DNA of 32,000 nucleotides from Candidatus Woesearchaeota archaeon. Its GTDB lineage: Archaea > Nanobdellota > Nanobdellia > Nanobdellales > CAZNIQ01. A program made the position numbers and the translations under genes. The first letter of the stretch is position 1. Every line of letters starts with the position of its first letter. The stretch lies in NCBI GenBank assembly GCA_964573185.1, contig CAZNIQ010000003.1:1-32000 (forward strand), in the 5' to 3' direction. Under the pieces are notes generated by a model. The model worked only from the letters and a program-made list of their open reading frames with translations. It did not search any database and was not told the origin of the DNA. Positions 15,792 through 24,953 of this stretch are shown piece after piece.

Positions 15792-16825
15792 GATTTTCCA
15801 GCCTCTTTCTTTAACTGCTCAAATCTTTCATCAATCATCTTCTTTAACTTATCACCAATGTATTTACCGGGTGAAAATGCATCCACTCTTGCAGCTATAG
15901 CTATTTTAGCTGCCAAAGTTCTTGCCATTCTACCTCTAAGTTTCTTTGGCAACCTTTGAACGTAAGGGTGATTAAATAATACTCCGTGTTTTGGTGGTGG
16001 AGAACCTTTTCTTAAGTGTCTGAACAAAGCTTTTTCTGCACCTAAGACCTGTATTGTAGAAGCTGGTAACATGGCTAAATCTCTTAATGATCCTGCTAAA
16101 GATATTAATCTTGCACCTACTAAAGGACCAGCAACTGCTGTAACATTTGGAGCAACTTTTTCCATCATTTCCTTTATATACTCTATCAACTTCTTCCTTA
16201 ATTCATATAGTTCCTTTATTCTTTTAGCATATTCTTTTAACATTTCTATTTCTTTTTCAGATAATTCTCCACCCATCGTTTCTTTTATTCCTAACTCTTT
16301 CATTATTTCCTCTCTAGTTTTACTCATCGCCAATTCTACCAATTTTTCGTGATCTTCTATTAACATTTCAACTTCTGGAGCATACAAGCCATACCACTCT
16401 CTAAACCTTTCAATCATCAAGTTAATAATCCTGTTTAAATCGTCTAGAGCATTTATAGCTTGTATTATCAATAAATCAGATGTTACTGACTTTGATATTT
16501 CTTTTCTAGTTACGGATACCATCAATTCTTGAACTTTGTTCCATTCTTCTCTCTTTACAGTTTTTCTTATAACTTCCATAGCTTTGTTTATCTTCTTAGG
16601 ATCATCATCAAACTTCAAATCCAAACCTTCTCTTTTTGGACCTAAATAAATCAATTCATCATATTTCTTTTTCAATTCTTCATAAATTTTCTTCTCTTTT
16701 TCAATTGCTTTTCCCTCTTTTATCTTTAATACTTCATCAACTGTTAAATCTAAAGGTATTCTTTCTTTTAGATTAAAATTTTCATCAAAAACATAGATTC
16801 CTGTTACATGTGTCAGTACGTACAT
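15788..16825 (-). CDS. nop5: C/D box sRNP core protein Nop5 (Nop56/58)
   Basis: NOP domain: AGPLVGARLISLAGSLRDLAMLPASTIQVLGAEKALFRHLRKGSPPPKHGVLFNHPYV. It also has a central coiled coil and an N-terminal fibrillarin-binding domain. Confidence 0.9.
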   Translation of the reverse strand: MYVLTHVTGIYVFDENFNLKERIPLDLTVDEVLKIKEGKAIEKEKKIYEELKKKYDELIYLGPKREGLDLKFDDDPKKINKAMEVIRKTVKREEWNKVQELMVSVTRKEISKSVTSDLLIIQAINALDDLNRIINLMIERFREWYGLYAPEVEMLIEDHEKLVELAMSKTREEIMKELGIKETMGGELSEKEIEMLKEYAKRIKELYELRKKLIEYIKEMMEKVAPNVTAVAGPLVGARLISLAGSLRDLAMLPASTIQVLGAEKALFRHLRKGSPPPKHGVLFNHPYVQRLPKKLRGRMARTLAAKIAIAARVDAFSPGKYIGDKLKKMIDERFEQLKKEAGKS

Positions 16826-16855
16826 TTAAAAAATTAAGAATGGTAATTTAAAAAT

Positions 16856-17020
16856 CTATTTCTTCTCAAGTAACTTCTCTATTTTCTCATCAATCTTCAA
16901 AATTTTCTCTTCTAATGAAATAATTTTTTCCTCTAAGATCAGAACTTTCTTTAAAGCAACTGCTATGGCTAGAACAGCCCCTAACGTCAAGGCTATTAAG
17001 ATTAAGATTGCGTACTCCAT
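16856..17020 (-). CDS. small membrane-anchored leucine-zipper protein (54 aa), not in supplied ORF track
   Basis: Hand translation gives MEYAILILIALTLGAVLAIAVALKKVLILEEKIISLEEKILKIDEKIEKLLEKK*. It has one transmembrane helix plus heptad repeats. It starts 14 nt after the S10 stop on the same strand. Confidence 0.45.
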   Translation of the reverse strand: MEYAILILIALTLGAVLAIAVALKKVLILEEKIISLEEKILKIDEKIEKLLEKK

Positions 17021-17034
17021 AAAAAAGAATTATT

Positions 17035-17343
17035 TTACCTTTTTATAACTTTCATTTCAACTTGTACCCCCTCTGGTATCGGAATTCTCATTAATTCTCT
17101 TATAGTTCTTTCATCCATTGCTATATCTATTAATCTCCTATGTATTCTTAGCTGGTATGTGACATAATACTTCTTTCCCCTAGTTCCAGTATTTGACATT
17201 GTTGAAATTCTCAATATTTTTGTTGGTAGTGGTATTGGACCTCTCATTTCTACTCCAGTTTTCTGAACAATCTTCTTTATTTCATCAATTACTTGATTTA
17301 ACTTACCAACATCGGTGGAAGTTAATTTAATGCGGATGTACAT
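17035..17343 (-). CDS. rps10: 30S ribosomal protein S10 (uS10)
   Basis: 102 aa: IRIKLTSTD...GPIPLPTK...HRRLIDI, downstream of tuf as in the str cluster. Confidence 0.92.
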   Translation of the reverse strand: MYIRIKLTSTDVGKLNQVIDEIKKIVQKTGVEMRGPIPLPTKILRISTMSNTGTRGKKYYVTYQLRIHRRLIDIAMDERTIRELMRIPIPEGVQVEMKVIKR

Positions 17344-17359
17344 AAGAAAAAAGAGAAGT

Positions 17360-18685
17360 TTATTTGATTTGTATTTCCTTCTTCTTGGTTACCTTTATAC
17401 ACATTCCTGCTGCAACAGTTCTTCCCATATCTCTTATAGCAAATCTTGCTAATTGTGGTATAAATGATACTTCTTCAATTACTAAAGGTCTTGTTGGTTG
17501 TACTGTTATTATTGCTGCGTCACCAGGCTTTATGAATTGTGGGTTTTGCTCTGCTACCTTACCTGTCTTAGGATCTAGCTTAGCATCGATAGATACTATC
17601 TTACAAGCTACTGCTGCTGTGTGGACGTGGAATACAGGTGTATATCCGGGAGCTATTACAGAAGGGTGCCATAGAACTATTATTTGTGCCTTAAATTCTT
17701 CTGCAACAGTTGGTAATGGTTCTCCTATTTTACCTATAACATCTCCTCTTGAAATATCTCTCTTTTCAACACCTCTTATGTTTATACCTATGTTATCTCC
17801 AGCTACAGCTTCTTCTAATGGTTGATGATGCATTTCTATAGATCTTACTTCACCTACAACTCCATTTGGCTTCTTTGAAGGTAATATAATTACTTTGTCT
17901 CCAACTCTTACTCTTCCAGTTTCTACTTTTCCTACAGGTACAGTACCTACACCCTTAATTGAATATACATCTTGTATTGGCATTCTGAATGGCTTATCTA
18001 TTGGTCTTGGAGGTTCTTCTAATAAATCAAAAGCTTCATATAATGTCGGTCCATTGTACCATGGCATCTTATCGGATTTTTTCACAATGTTATCTCCATA
18101 GTAGGCAGAAGCAGGTATTATAGCTTTAATAGCTTTTTCAGGGATTCCTAATAGTTTAAATATTTTTAATACCATATTCTTAACTTCTTCAAATCTCTTT
18201 TGATCATAATTTACTGTGTCCATTTTGTTTATTACAATAATGTATTGATTTATTCCTAGAACTTTTGTTAATATAATATGTTCTCTTCCTTGTCCTTCCG
18301 GTCCTAAAGCAGTCTCAGCTTCACCAGGTTTTGCAGATACAACAAGTACAGCAGCATCTGCTTGCTTTGCGCCAGTAATCATGTTCTTAATGAAATCTCT
18401 ATGTCCAGGAGCATCTATAATTGTAATTTCATATTTCTTTGTTTCAATCTTATAATGAGAAATATCTATTGTTAAACCTCTTTGTCTCTCTTCCTTTAAT
18501 CTATCCATGATAAAAGCAAATTCAAACGTTTCTTTTCCCAATTCTTGTGCTAATTTCTTTAATTCTTCCAAGGTTTTCTGGTCAATCAAACCCAAATCTA
18601 CTAATAATCTTCCAATTGTAGTTGACTTTCCGTTATCTACGTGCCCTACGAATACTATGTTCAAGTGTGGCTTTTGTCTAGGCAT
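17360..18685 (-). CDS. tuf: translation elongation factor EF-1 alpha (aEF-1A)
   Basis: GHVDNGKST, DAPGHRDF and NKMD GTPase motifs. 441 aa. Confidence 0.97.
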   Translation of the reverse strand: MPRQKPHLNIVFVGHVDNGKSTTIGRLLVDLGLIDQKTLEELKKLAQELGKETFEFAFIMDRLKEERQRGLTIDISHYKIETKKYEITIIDAPGHRDFIKNMITGAKQADAAVLVVSAKPGEAETALGPEGQGREHIILTKVLGINQYIIVINKMDTVNYDQKRFEEVKNMVLKIFKLLGIPEKAIKAIIPASAYYGDNIVKKSDKMPWYNGPTLYEAFDLLEEPPRPIDKPFRMPIQDVYSIKGVGTVPVGKVETGRVRVGDKVIILPSKKPNGVVGEVRSIEMHHQPLEEAVAGDNIGINIRGVEKRDISRGDVIGKIGEPLPTVAEEFKAQIIVLWHPSVIAPGYTPVFHVHTAAVACKIVSIDAKLDPKTGKVAEQNPQFIKPGDAAIITVQPTRPLVIEEVSFIPQLARFAIRDMGRTVAAGMCIKVTKKKEIQIK

Positions 18686-18715
18686 GAGAATGAATTAAAG
18701 AAAAAATTTATAAAG

Positions 18716-20938
18716 TTATACCAATTCTGCGTTTACGTCTAATCCTTTTCTCTTTCTTATTTCTTCAACTACTTTTGGTAATAATTCATCTGGAAGCTTC
18801 TCATAAGTCTGATCTACTAGATACCAGACACCCCTTCCGGATGTAGCAGATCTTAATTCATCTGTAAATCCAAACATTTCCGCTACAGGCACTTTTGCTT
18901 TTATCTTAGTAACATCCTCTTCCATTTGAACATCCAATACCTGACCTCTCCTTTTTGTTACTAAATTTATGGCTTCAGACATATAATCTGGAGGAACTAC
19001 TATTTCGATTATCTGTACTGGTTCATATAGAATTATACCTCCTTGTCTCATTGCTTCTCTTATGGCCATTCTAGTAGCTGGAATTATCTGTCCTGGGCCT
19101 CTATGTATAGGATCTTCATGTAATACAGCATCTACTAGCTTTACTTTTAGGCCCATACAAGGTTCTCTTGCTAATGGTCCCGCATCCATTACTGATTTGA
19201 ATCCTTCAATTATCATCTCAATTACTTCTCCTATATGTACTATACCTCTTGTCATATCTAAGAACATGTTATCTCTATAAACATACCTAACTCTTCTAGC
19301 TTCTTCTTTATCCATTCCCAATTCTTCTACAAATACTTTCCAAAGATCCGATCCTTCTTTTATTCTTCCTTCAGGTATTTTTCCTTCTTTAATCAATTGT
19401 CTTAGCTTATGTAATTGTTCTTCAGGTATGGGTTCAACAACAATATATAATTTGTTGTGCTTGTTCGGTGATTTTCCTTCTACTGGTCCTGCAGGTTTCC
19501 TTACAGATTCTCTATAAACAACTATTGGTGGAGATGTTTTTACGGGAATCTTAAAATCGTTCTTAATTCTGTATTCAATGATTTCTAAATGCAAATCACC
19601 TAAACCAGAAACAAGGATCTCACCAGTTTCTTGATTTATTTCTACCTTGATTGTAGGATCTTCTTTTTCAAGCAACTTCAGTGTTTCAATTAATTTGGGC
19701 AAATCTTGTGGGTTTTCTGGTTCGAAAGCTTTTGTAACAACAGGATCTAACCAATGCTTCAATTCTTCAAATGGTTCTATTTGTGGAATTTCTTCAGGAT
19801 TCTCTATTTTAACAATAGTTTCTCCCGGTCTTATTTCTCTTATACCTGTTAAAGCAATAATGTTTCCAGCTTTTACTTCTTCTACAGGTAATCTTTGAAT
19901 ACCTTTCCAGACAGCTAGCTGTTGAATTCTTACTTTCTTTTTGGCAGTAACTAAATAGACAAGATCTCCTTTTCTAAGAGTTCCAGACCAAATTCTTGCA
20001 GTAGCTATTAATTGTTTAGAAACCTTATCAATTATAACATTTGTAACGTTTATGACACAAGGACCGTTTGGGTCACAATTTAACATTGCTTGTCCATACT
20101 TTGAATTTATATCTCCTTTCCATATCTTTGGTATTCTATATTTTTGTGCTTCTACGGGGGAAGGTAAATGTCTAACAACCATATCTAGAACTACTTTATA
20201 CACAGGAGCTTTCTTTGCAGCAGCTTCTTTTAATTTCTCTTTATCATTTCCATATTTTTCATAAATCTCAATTATATCTTTAAATGAAACACCTGTTTTC
20301 TGCATGAAAGGCACAGATAAAGCCCAATGATATTTTGCTGAGCCAAAAGCTACAGAGCCGTCTTGAACCCTTACCATCCATTTGTCTTTAAACTCTGGAG
20401 GAGCATATTTTCTGATTAAAGCATTAACATCTTTTACTATTTTAGCAATTCTTTCCATTATTTTTTCGGGAGGCAATTGTAATTCAGTTATGGCTCTATC
20501 AACTTTATTTATAAATAGAACAGGCTTAACATATTCTTTCAAGGCAGTTCTTAACACAGATTCTGTCTGTGGCATTACGCCGTCTACAAAATCTACTACA
20601 ACTATTGCCCCATCAATAGCTCTTGCAGCTCTTGTAACTTGTCCAGAGAACTCAACGTGACCGGGAGTATCTATTAAGTTAATTAGATATTCTTTTCCTT
20701 CGTATTTATGAATCATAGAAACAGCAGCACCGTAAACTGTCATTTCTCTTTGCCTTTCAGTTTCATGCCACCAAGTAAACATCGCCTCACCTGCTAATTG
20801 TTCTGAGAGCATTCCTGCTCCAGCTAGTAGATTATCTGTTAATGTTGTTTTTCCATGATGTATATGTGCTATAATACCGATATTTCTTATTTGCTCAGGC
20901 TTATTCATAAGTTCCAATACTTTCTTCGTAAGATCCAT
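18716..20938 (-). CDS. fusA: translation elongation factor EF-2 (aEF-2)
   Basis: AHIHHGKTT, DTPGHVEF and NKVD motifs, with the diphthamide-region HEDPIHRGPGQ. 740 aa. Confidence 0.97.
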   Translation of the reverse strand: MDLTKKVLELMNKPEQIRNIGIIAHIHHGKTTLTDNLLAGAGMLSEQLAGEAMFTWWHETERQREMTVYGAAVSMIHKYEGKEYLINLIDTPGHVEFSGQVTRAARAIDGAIVVVDFVDGVMPQTESVLRTALKEYVKPVLFINKVDRAITELQLPPEKIMERIAKIVKDVNALIRKYAPPEFKDKWMVRVQDGSVAFGSAKYHWALSVPFMQKTGVSFKDIIEIYEKYGNDKEKLKEAAAKKAPVYKVVLDMVVRHLPSPVEAQKYRIPKIWKGDINSKYGQAMLNCDPNGPCVINVTNVIIDKVSKQLIATARIWSGTLRKGDLVYLVTAKKKVRIQQLAVWKGIQRLPVEEVKAGNIIALTGIREIRPGETIVKIENPEEIPQIEPFEELKHWLDPVVTKAFEPENPQDLPKLIETLKLLEKEDPTIKVEINQETGEILVSGLGDLHLEIIEYRIKNDFKIPVKTSPPIVVYRESVRKPAGPVEGKSPNKHNKLYIVVEPIPEEQLHKLRQLIKEGKIPEGRIKEGSDLWKVFVEELGMDKEEARRVRYVYRDNMFLDMTRGIVHIGEVIEMIIEGFKSVMDAGPLAREPCMGLKVKLVDAVLHEDPIHRGPGQIIPATRMAIREAMRQGGIILYEPVQIIEIVVPPDYMSEAINLVTKRRGQVLDVQMEEDVTKIKAKVPVAEMFGFTDELRSATSGRGVWYLVDQTYEKLPDELLPKVVEEIRKRKGLDVNAELV

Positions 20939-21138
20939 TGTGTAACGTACATAGCAAAATTTTTAAATGAAGGGTAAAATTATTTACTACCTATTGGTTA
21001 TTTTATTTTTAAAAATTTTGTTGTTCAGAAAAGCATAATCCTACATAAATTAACCTAGATTATTTTGATCAAATCTTTCAATTTTCCAAAAGAGGCATTC
21101 GAAATATAGAAAATTTTTAATAACTTTTGTAATTTTAG

Positions 21139-21168
21139 AAGGTCGTATAATTTTAGTTATACGACCTT
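21139..21168. other. candidate XerA recombination site (dif-like): perfect 12-bp inverted arms with a 6-bp spacer
   Basis: AAGGTCGTATAA-TTTTAG-TTATACGACCTT, with arms that are exact reverse complements. The architecture (ATAA-N6-TTAT inner ends) parallels E. coli dif GGTGCGCATAA-TGTATA-TTATGTTAAAT. It lies 1.2 kb upstream of xerA in the longest non-coding gap of the window. Confidence 0.45.
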
Positions 21169-21192
21169 ACCCAAAATAAATTTATTAAATTT

Positions 21193-21210
21193 TACTACTA
21201 GTTAGTAGTA
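21193..21210. promoter_or_regulatory. 8-2-8 inverted repeat abutting the start codon of the orphan gene (possible operator or 5' hairpin)
   Basis: TACTACTA-GT-TAGTAGTA ends 2 nt before the ATG at 21213. It sits between an A/T-rich TATA-like stretch (about 21173-21190) and the start codon. Confidence 0.35.
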
Positions 21211-21212
21211 AT

Positions 21213-22316
21213 ATGGAAAAATTAGAAAATACTCTTCAAAGGATGGGTTACCAAGTGATAGTTACACAGCGAGCAGGAAAGCATATAAAAGTACCCGGAC
21301 TACCAGAATTAAAAGAACAAGAGGTTATAAAGCTTTATTATAGATTAGAAAATATTGAGGACATAGAAGACGTTGAAGAAAAGCTACCTATTGTATCCAA
21401 AAGAATTCTAGAAATGATAAATAGGTTAAAACCTTTAATTGACAGTGGCAAAATTAGAGTTAAATATGATGAAAAGGGGAGGTTGCTATCAAAAATTAAT
21501 CTCCTCTTCGCTATATATGTGCCGGGATACCACTTTGTAGTTTACGTTCCTTATGATATAAACATTCTTAAAGAAACTCTGAAAAGGACGATTGATGCTC
21601 CTTACAGTAAATTGGTAATTAAGTTAGGAAAAACTTTAAAGCATCAAAGAATACCCTTAAAAGAAGAAGATCTAGAAGCAATTATAGATTTAGCTTTAAA
21701 TGAGATCAAAAGAGAATTGTCTTCTTTAAAAGAAAACTATAACTATTACAAAAGGTATGTAAACAATATAGAAAGATCTCCAGATTACAAAACGGAACTA
21801 ATAAAAATAGCGATAAGAAAAGTGGGAGCTAGTTTAAATAAAGGAAGAGCCTTAGAGTTTGGTAGGCTAGAAGGAGGTAGAGTTTGTTTTACTGAGGATA
21901 ATATTTGTGTAGAGCTTTCTAAAAAGGATTATGAACTTGCAAAGAAAAGAGTAAAACAGAATCTTGAAAAGGAGCTTCAAGATATATCTAATAAAATTAC
22001 TATATTAGAAAAGTATTATAAAAGGGTAACAACCCTCCTTGCTCAAAGAAAATATTTGGATGCTCTAAGAATGTTAAAAGAGTTATATCAAAGATTCTCC
22101 TATTTAGGATACTCCCGCTATATAGAATCTATAAAAATAGAGGGTAACAATGCGTACGTAACAAATGAAAAATATGAAGATGTACCAGATTCCTTAATTG
22201 ACACCATTTCTATTACAAAGAAAATTTCAGATAGAATTTATATAAGTTACATTCCTTCTAAAGAAGAATGGGCCAAGAAAATAGAAAAATTGTGTAAAGA
22301 GCAATTAAATCTTTAG
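21213..22316 (+). CDS. hypothetical protein (orphan), N-terminal alpha/beta region plus long coiled-coil segments
   Basis: 367 aa with no recognisable catalytic motif. Heptad-rich regions include EIKRELSSLKENYNYYKRY and KQNLEKELQDISNKITILEKYYKRVTTLL. The reading frame is clean and oligo-T tracts follow it. Confidence 0.6.
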   Translation: MEKLENTLQRMGYQVIVTQRAGKHIKVPGLPELKEQEVIKLYYRLENIEDIEDVEEKLPIVSKRILEMINRLKPLIDSGKIRVKYDEKGRLLSKINLLFAIYVPGYHFVVYVPYDINILKETLKRTIDAPYSKLVIKLGKTLKHQRIPLKEEDLEAIIDLALNEIKRELSSLKENYNYYKRYVNNIERSPDYKTELIKIAIRKVGASLNKGRALEFGRLEGGRVCFTEDNICVELSKKDYELAKKRVKQNLEKELQDISNKITILEKYYKRVTTLLAQRKYLDALRMLKELYQRFSYLGYSRYIESIKIEGNNAYVTNEKYEDVPDSLIDTISITKKISDRIYISYIPSKEEWAKKIEKLCKEQLNL

Positions 22317-22318
22317 TA

Positions 22319-22334
22319 TTTTTTGACCGTTTTT
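22319..22334 (+). terminator. oligo-T tracts (T6, T5), a candidate archaeal intrinsic terminator
   Basis: TTTTTTGACCGTTTTT lies directly after the TAG stop at 22314-22316. Archaeal RNAP terminates at oligo-T runs. Confidence 0.3.
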
Positions 22335-22386
22335 GTCCTATTAAAAAGCAAAATTAAAGAAATCTGAAAGTATAAAAAATATATTA

Positions 22387-23199
22387 ATGTTAGAAGAATT
22401 TGCTACTTATTTAGAACTTCAAGGTAGATCTAAGAATACAATAAGAACTTATTGTTGGATAGTTGAAAATTTCTTAAAATATATAAATAAAGATCCTTAT
22501 GCGATTTCTAAAGAAGATATCTTTAGATATCTAGCATACCTTAAGAAAAAATGGAATTATGATTCGAATAGCATAAGATTGGTAGTTATTGCCTTAAAAC
22601 AATTTTTTAAATTTATAGGGAGAGAGGACCTATTAATTTATTTGAAATCTCCAAAGATAGATAAAAGGTTACCGAAATTCATTACATATGAAGAGTTCTT
22701 GCGTTTAGTAGGAGCTTGCGATAATCCAAGAGATAAACTTATGATAAAGTTCCTTTTTTATACTGGTGTAAGAGTTTCCGAACTAGTAAATCTTAAAATA
22801 GATGATATTCTCTGGGAAGAAGGATTTGTAAAGGTAAAAGGAAAAGGAGGGAAAGAAAGAATAATACCCCTTCCAGAATCTCTATTAAAAGAATTAAAGG
22901 AATACGTTGAAACAAGAAAAATTAAGTCCGAATATCTTTTTCCTTCTAAAAGAGGTAGTAAACTCAGTACAAGGCAGGTACAAAGAATTATTAACAAAGC
23001 TAGGATAAAAGCTGGGATTCGAAAAAAGGTGACACCTCATATTCTAAGACACTCTTTAGCAACTTTTTTATTATCAAAAGGCGTAGATATAAGAATTATT
23101 CAGGAAATACTTGGACATTCTTCTTTAAGTGTAACGCAAATATATACACACGTAGTACCAAAGCAGCTTAAGGAGATATATAAAAAGGTTTTCGAATGA
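22387..23199 (+). CDS. xerA: tyrosine recombinase XerA (XerC/D family)
   Basis: N-terminal SAM-like core-binding domain. The catalytic set is complete: TGVRVSEL (Arg), KGKGGKERIIPL (Lys), HILRHSLAT (H-x-x-R) and LGHSSLSVTQIYTHV (His and Tyr nucleophile). 270 aa. Confidence 0.88.
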   Translation: MLEEFATYLELQGRSKNTIRTYCWIVENFLKYINKDPYAISKEDIFRYLAYLKKKWNYDSNSIRLVVIALKQFFKFIGREDLLIYLKSPKIDKRLPKFITYEEFLRLVGACDNPRDKLMIKFLFYTGVRVSELVNLKIDDILWEEGFVKVKGKGGKERIIPLPESLLKELKEYVETRKIKSEYLFPSKRGSKLSTRQVQRIINKARIKAGIRKKVTPHILRHSLATFLLSKGVDIRIIQEILGHSSLSVTQIYTHVVPKQLKEIYKKVFE

Positions 23200-23229
23200 C
23201 TTTAAAAATTTAACCTTAAACAGGTACTA

Positions 23230-23469
23230 ATGCCTAAAAAGGTTGATATCACTAAGCACATTTTAGTTCCAAAACATGAAAAACTTTCTGAAGAAGAGGC
23301 TAAGAAATTATTAGAACAACTTGGCATTTCAAAATTACAATTGCCCAGAATAAAAAAGAATGATCCAGCGATAAAACACTTAAATCCTAAACCAGGAGAT
23401 ATTATTAAAATTATTAGAAAGAGTCCTACGGGTGGGGAGTATGTTTATTATAGAGTTGTTGTAGAATGA
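23230..23469 (+). CDS. rpoH: DNA-directed RNA polymerase subunit H (Rpo5)
   Basis: [42 protein letters not shown]...[22 protein letters not shown]. Its stop overlaps the rpoB'' start (ATGA). Confidence 0.92.
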   Translation: MPKKVDITKHILVPKHEKLSEEEAKKLLEQLGISKLQLPRIKKNDPAIKHLNPKPGDIIKIIRKSPTGGEYVYYRVVVE

Positions 23470-24953
23470 AGCCATACAGAATTCTTACAAAGGCATACTA
23501 TAGAGAATACTCTCCAGTAAGATCTCAAATAGAGTCATTTAATTATTTCGTAGAGTACGAAATGCAAAAGATTATTGATGAAATAGGAGAGGTAGAAATG
23601 ACAATAACGCCACCAGGAGTTAAAGAAGTTAAAGTAAAATTTGGCAAAGTATCTATAGGAAAACCAGATGTTGTAGAGCCAGATGGGATAAGAAGAATAA
23701 TTTATCCTCAAGAAGCAAGGATTAGGAATCTAACATACTCCTCTTCAGTTTATCTTGAATACGAAATGTACTATGATGATAACCTGAGAGAGAAAGGGAT
23801 TGTAGAAATAGGGAGGATTCCTATTATGGTTAGATCGAAGTATTGTAATCTTTATGGTTTATCTGAAGAAGAATTAATCAAATTAGGTGAGGATCCTACA
23901 GATCCAGGTGGTTACTTTATAATCAATGGTACTGAAAGAGTTGTCGTAATGACAGAAGAGTTATTTACAAATAGGTTATATGTTGAGGAAGAGAAATCGG
24001 GTTCTGCAAAATACGTTGGAAGAATCTTTTCTGAAGCAGGTATCCTAAACGTTCCGCATAAAATAGAATTAATGAAAGATGGTTTATTCATGATTTCATT
24101 TGGAAAAATAAAAAGAACGCCTGTTTTCGTTATCTTAAAGGCCTTAGGAATGGAAACCGACCAAGAAATAGCCCAAGCAATAGATCCTGAGAGACTCTGG
24201 GATGAGGTTTTAGTAAATCTATATGAATATCAAGAAATAAAAAATGCTGATGAAGCAGTAAAGTGGTTAGCAAATCATTGGCACATTCCTGGACCTGAAG
24301 AATTAAGAAAGGAGAGAGTATATGAAATTTTAGATAAATATTTATTGCCACATATAGGACAATCTCCTGCAGATAGATATGCAAAAGCTTGGAATCTCTG
24401 TAAATATATAAAGAAGATGTTATTAGTAGCTTATGGTGAATTGCCAGAAGATGATAAGGATCATTATATGAATAAACAAATAAGATTAGCAGGTGATTTG
24501 CTTTCAGAGATGTTTAGAGTAGTATTTAAACTTTTGATAAATGATGCAAAATACCAATATGAAAGATTAGTAAAGAGAGGAAAAATTCCAACTTTCCGAT
24601 CTGTCATAAGATCAAAAATATTTACGGAAAGATTTGAAACTGCAATGGGTACTGGACAATGGACAAGAAAAAGAGTAGGTGTTTCTCAAATGCTTGATAG
24701 AATGAATAAACTTGCTACGATATCTCATCTAACAAGAATTTGGTCTCCTTTAGAGGCAGAAGGAGAAATGTATGAAATACGTATGCTTCACGGTACTCAT
24801 TGGGGAAGACTTTGTCCTATAGAAACTCCAGAAGGAAAGAACGTAGGTTTAAGAAAGAATCTAGCTTTATTAGCAAGAATTTCACCTGAGGTTCCTGAAG
24901 CGGAAGTTTTAAATAAGTTAAAGGAACTCGGATTAGAACCTTACAAAAAATGA
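23466..24953 (+). CDS. rpoB2: DNA-directed RNA polymerase subunit B'' (N-terminal part of split Rpo2)
   Basis: 495 aa: [14 protein letters not shown], ...[11 protein letters not shown]..., [30 protein letters not shown]. It ends with an ATGA overlap into B'. Confidence 0.95.
   Translation: MKPYRILTKAYYREYSPVRSQIESFNYFVEYEMQKIIDEIGEVEMTITPPGVKEVKVKFGKVSIGKPDVVEPDGIRRIIYPQEARIRNLTYSSSVYLEYEMYYDDNLREKGIVEIGRIPIMVRSKYCNLYGLSEEELIKLGEDPTDPGGYFIINGTERVVVMTEELFTNRLYVEEEKSGSAKYVGRIFSEAGILNVPHKIELMKDGLFMISFGKIKRTPVFVILKALGMETDQEIAQAIDPERLWDEVLVNLYEYQEIKNADEAVKWLANHWHIPGPEELRKERVYEILDKYLLPHIGQSPADRYAKAWNLCKYIKKMLLVAYGELPEDDKDHYMNKQIRLAGDLLSEMFRVVFKLLINDAKYQYERLVKRGKIPTFRSVIRSKIFTERFETAMGTGQWTRKRVGVSQMLDRMNKLATISHLTRIWSPLEAEGEMYEIRMLHGTHWGRLCPIETPEGKNVGLRKNLALLARISPEVPEAEVLNKLKELGLEPYKK

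Noticed and set aside
17364-20660. Plus-strand ORFs inside tuf and fusA (17364-17825, 17895-18101, 18507-18698, 19062-19280, 19647-19898, 20052-20264, 20382-20660).
   Set aside because: They lie fully antisense to the strongly supported EF-1alpha and EF-2 genes. Their translations are low-complexity Ser/Thr/Ile/Pro-rich shadow frames with no motifs.
20983-21200. Repeated TTTACTAC motif (20983-20990 and 21190-21197) considered as a shared regulator half-site for the fusA and orphan-gene promoters.
   Set aside because: There are only two 8-nt occurrences in very AT-rich DNA, at different distances and orientations relative to the two start codons. This is within chance expectation.
20939-21212. 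274-bp AT-rich non-coding gap considered as a replication origin (oriC).
   Set aside because: I saw no repeated ORB or mini-ORB-like elements (TCCA...GGAAA type). There is no adjacent orc1/cdc6 gene, and only single copies of the two palindromes. Skew analysis cannot be done from one window.
21213-23199. Orphan gene plus tyrosine recombinase considered as an integrated mobile element or provirus.
   Set aside because: By eye I found no flanking direct repeats, no tRNA target, and no other phage or plasmid genes. The recombinase has the size and motifs of housekeeping XerA. A degraded remnant cannot be excluded and is mentioned as an alternative in the findings.
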